The notes under the pieces were generated by a model. The model had not been told where the DNA came from, searched no databases, and worked only from the letters and a program-made list of their open reading frames with translations. Both the position numbers and the translations under genes were made by a program. From contig CM052816.1 of NCBI GenBank assembly GCA_028534125.1, forward strand, positions 2,046,001-2,110,000: DNA of 64,000 bases. The letters run 5' to 3'. The DNA is from Lama glama. Its lineage: Eukaryota. Below are positions 60,214 to 64,000 of this stretch, piece by piece (within the stretch, counting starts at the first letter, position 1; every line of letters starts with the position of its first letter).

Positions 60214-60879
60214 GAGAACTGAACTCTAGTTTGGAAATAAAAAATGCATAACATTTTGAAATGGAAACAAAATAAAAAATAAACAGTACTTTTGAATCTT
60301 TTGGCCACCACGTAACCTTAGTTCAGCATCCCTTTCTTGTCAACGTGAGGTGGTAAAATGCATGGATCATGAATCCTAAGAGATTTGGAGCAGAAATTGT
60401 TAAGACAATGTGAAGTTGTTAGCTTTTCTTTCTCTTTCTGGTGATTCTCTCACTGATGGTCTCTTTTTCTCACAGAACTTAATTTTACTGTGCATGGAAT
60501 ATGGTCAACATAACCACAATTTAAAATAATCTTGGTGTTAATCTTTAAAGGAAGGGATTAATTGTGAAATTTTACATCTGGATCTGGACCTATCCTTGTC
60601 ACTATATTAGACTGGCTTAAAAGAGAGACGTACCTTTCAAATGAGAGAAGCGTCTACTCTTTTTTCAAACTCTGAAGACTCTCATTAAAATCCAGCACCT
60701 TTGACTGGGAGGTTTGTGAGCTAGAGAGGTGTGCATGGGACGGGGAGTGCGATACGTTTAGTTTAGAGCAGATCTTGACAAGTTATGCGGGAAATAGGGA
60801 TGCAGTGGGTGCTAAGCTCCAGTGGGGTCTCACTGGATGAGTCCATCGGAATTCAGTCCACAGTGGTGGTGGAATGAAC

Positions 60880-61290
60880 CCCCCTCCCCCACCTCACTGG
60901 CCCACATTCTCAGCCCTCCAGCCACACTCAGGCTCCCTCCCGCCTCGGGGCCCTTCTGCAGTTTGATCCCTCTGCCTGGAGGGCCTACCCACCCTCTATG
61001 CCTACTTACTTGCTCCTCATCCTTCAAACCCTGCTTCCAGGAAAGCCTCTCCGAGCCCTCAGATGGGCCCGGCTTTTTGATGTTTACTCTCACAACGCTG
61101 GGCTGCTGTTCTGCTGAGTGCCCATCTTGAGCAGTCACGGCGCTTCTTAGGTGACACTTGATCTGTGTCTGCCTCCTCCTTTAGTCTGTAAGCTCAGTGC
61201 AGGCAGGGACAACGTCTGCTGGGGCTCAGCACAGCATCCCCTGTGCTCAGCCTGGTGCTCAACAAATATTTGCAGAAGAAATGAATTTGA
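60880..61290 (+). mobile_element. L2 relic, 3' portion
   Basis: ctccagccacact...cctcggggcccttctgc...tccctctgcctgga...cttccaggaaagcct...ctgtaagctcagtgcaggcagggac...gtgctcaacaaatatttgcagaagaaatgaat. Confidence 0.8.
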
Positions 61291-64000
61291 AAACCAATAA
61301 ATTATCTGTGGGGCAGCCTCCGGTAACTTGTATGACCTCTCTATAATCAGCATTTTTTTTTTTTTTAAAGCTTAGCAGTTGCTTGGGGAGCATCGTGGAT
61401 TCTAGCTTACATGGGAGTTTAATGTTCCTCACATCACAAATCAGCGTTTTCTGAGCAGAGGCTGGAGTCACTGTGGCCCAGCCTGGCTGGCCTGGTTAGA
61501 GCGAGGCTAAGCCAGGCAGCTTTCGGGTGACAGAGCAGGAAAAGCCAAGAATCAGATCCCTAAGGTTATGGGGTCTACATTAAAGAGCAAGATTTATTTT
61601 CATCTTCTTTTTTTCTTAACTGAGGGCATCTCATCTAGTTAGACAGGCTTCTTTGGAACCAATTTTTGTTCTTTGTGACATTTGGAATTAATATGAGGAA
61701 ATACTCTTTGTGTTGCCTGGTGTTGAAAATGTCAGTAAACAAACTCAGCAGTCAAAGAAGGAGGGGGCTGGTAACAAAAGACATTGTTTCTTGGTGCAGG
61801 AGGTAAACAAGAGAGTTTAGAACAAAGGTTTTCTCAAAATAGGCTTTTTGGCGAACTTTGGAGCAGGGCTCTTGGACCCCACCCGCTTCCATTCTGCTGA
61901 GGCGGGAATGCTGATGATAATACTTGTTGTTTTAACCAGCCCCCAAAACTTACCAACACAAACATGCTCTTAATGTCTGGGCTGACAGCAGGGCTGGGAA
62001 GGTCCTTATAGAATCCCAAAACAACTCGGGCAGTTGAGGGCTTCCGGCAGCCAGCTAACAAAAATATACTGTCAGAGGATGCGGCTCGGGGAGGCGTGGG
62101 ACCCGCACAGCAGTGAGCCTGAAAGCCAGCCTTTCCGTTTTTACAGAGCTTCACCCTTCACATCTGGTGGAGCTGTGACAATCAGCACTAGACCATTTTA
62201 GAAATCAGATACCCTGGGTACCAGGAAGTTGATTTGCCTTCCACTTCCTTAAGAAAACACACATTAATATTTAAGCTGGGTTTTCATAAAAGAAGGGTTG
62301 TGTTTGAGATGCGAAATGAAGTCGGGGTGGGGGGGGGATGCTGGGAGAACTCCCTCCTATACGGACCCAGATGCAATTCAAATTGTCCTCCAGATTGGAA
62401 AAGGAAGAGGAGAGGGGCTCACCGAGTGCCCCAAGCCCTTGGTGGCAGTTGGTAGCTACTATTTTGTGGTGTGTGTCTGCAATTTGGAAAGAACTGGACT
62501 TGGAGTTGTGACTTCCTACTCTGTGAGCAGGAGCTGGAGATCCATGAAGTTTTCCTTCCTAAGTGATCCCGAGAAATGGTGTTTGTGATTTCCCCCCTCA
62601 GCATTGTTTCTTGGCAGCTTTTTTCAATCAGAGAGCCGCGTGGCACCCATCAGCCCCTTCCTGGGCTTGGTGGCCCTGCTGCTCGCGGTCCAACCTGATT
62701 CATTTTCCTGCCCTCCTTGGGGTCCACTCTCCGCAGAGCTGACTTTGAGATTGTGTCAGATAAAGCAGGCGCGCCGGTCCTGCGAGTGCCATCCTGAATA
62801 TAGATGTCTCTAAAAAATATGTGGGGACAAATACAGTTCTTAAAGGGTAAAAGGGGTTTTTCAAAGATCAGCGTAAATGGTTTACTTTAAAAATAAACAT
62901 TTTAAATCACTTTGATCTTAGCTGTCCCAAAGATGCAAAGTAGTCATGCTTCTGGGGGAGTATTTTCCGGGGTTTTAAACCTAGCATAGACCATTTCCTC
63001 TTTGCTTGCAAGAAGATAAATAATTTTTGGAACAATAGAACACATGAAGAAACAGCCTGCAAGTAACTGACAGGTAGGATACTGGAGGTGTCGTGTATGA
63101 GCAGAGGTTGGTTTTGCATTTGCAAACAAAGTTTTGGTAACCTCTCTAGGGAAGGTTGTTGATGCAGATTTGAATCCTGCAAACTGCATTTCCTCTGTCC
63201 ATGTCTATCCACCCACCCACTCACATCCATTTCATGCGCAAGGATGTCGTGACATTTTTTTGGTCAGATACCTTACTGAAAATTTGCTCTTCCTATGCCT
63301 GGCACGTCTTCCGTCTTTTGTTTCAATGGTTAGTCTTTACTCTTTTGGGCCATGTACTTGCCTGCTTACCAGGTATCATCATTCAACTATGATTCTAGCA
63401 TTAACTGAATATCTGAATGTACCTGTATTTGGTATTTTGGGATAATAGTTAATATTCTGAAGACTGTCTGAATATTAGGTTTTTGGTTAGGCAGCACATA
63501 ACTGCAGTGGGAGAAAGTTCTGATGTTCTATAAAAACCCAACCACAAGTTATTTGAAGACAAAATGAAATGCTTTTGAGGTTTCCCGCATGTTTCTTTTG
63601 CATGGAAAAGCAAGTGTCAGCGGTACTAATATCACATACTACTTAATCCTTACACTATCTTTTTTTGCTAGTTTTATATGTGCTGTATAAAATGGTTATC
63701 TCATGGATAACAGGAAGCTGTCCTCGATAGACCAGCCCCCTTTTTCATATTTGTATTATAAATTTTATTACTCTAAAGATCAGGGAAGGCAAGCGATCAT
63801 TTTCGAGGAAGATGCTTTAAGACCAAGACGGACATTTTCAACTTACTTCCAGTGACATTTCTCAATCAGAGCTTCTTTTTTAAGTTCTGTAGTCACAGGG
63901 TTGGGGGAGGGGACTGTGCAAGAAAATGGGGGTGGTTTTGTGTGGGTCTCTTAACCACTGTGAAGCAATTATCTGAAAGCCTGTGCTCTTCCATGGACAG

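Larger units (their letters stand above)
2892..64000 (+). other. EBF1: 5' part of the very long intron following the zinc-knuckle exon (EBF1 intron 6)
   Basis: GT donor at 2892; I found no sequence encoding the next conserved COE segment ([27 protein letters not shown]) in the window, apart from the unreadable gap. Confidence 0.8.

Noticed and set aside
1..64000. CRISPR arrays, operons, defence systems, rRNA or other prokaryote-type systems
   Set aside because: The sequence is mammalian intronic DNA; no regularly spaced repeats, dense ORFs or rRNA-like segments were seen.

Overview
Mammalian genomic DNA, most likely camelid (two tRNA-derived SINEs resembling the camelid Vic-1 family and two L1 3' tails of a type I associate with camelids). 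The only coding sequence I can support is one 69-nt, phase 2-2 exon at 2823-2891 (+), missed by the ORF track. It encodes (S)[22 protein letters not shown](R), part of the zinc knuckle of a COE/EBF transcription factor, most likely EBF1 exon 6. The remaining ~61 kb is the start of the very long downstream intron; I did not find the next exon ([13 protein letters not shown]...). The intron holds an intragenic CpG island (~24.4-25.0 kb) with a TATA-like box, (GCC)9 and a G-tract cluster, and several repeat-poor, motif-dense segments that look like enhancers. It also holds a candidate 64-nt poison exon, many old MIR/L2/L1/DNA-transposon relics, several younger insertions with target-site duplications, and a 500-N gap. 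I found no evidence for a novel multi-gene system; the best leads are regulatory or splicing hypotheses. Repeat families were recognised by eye from remembered consensus sequences, so boundaries of old repeats are approximate.
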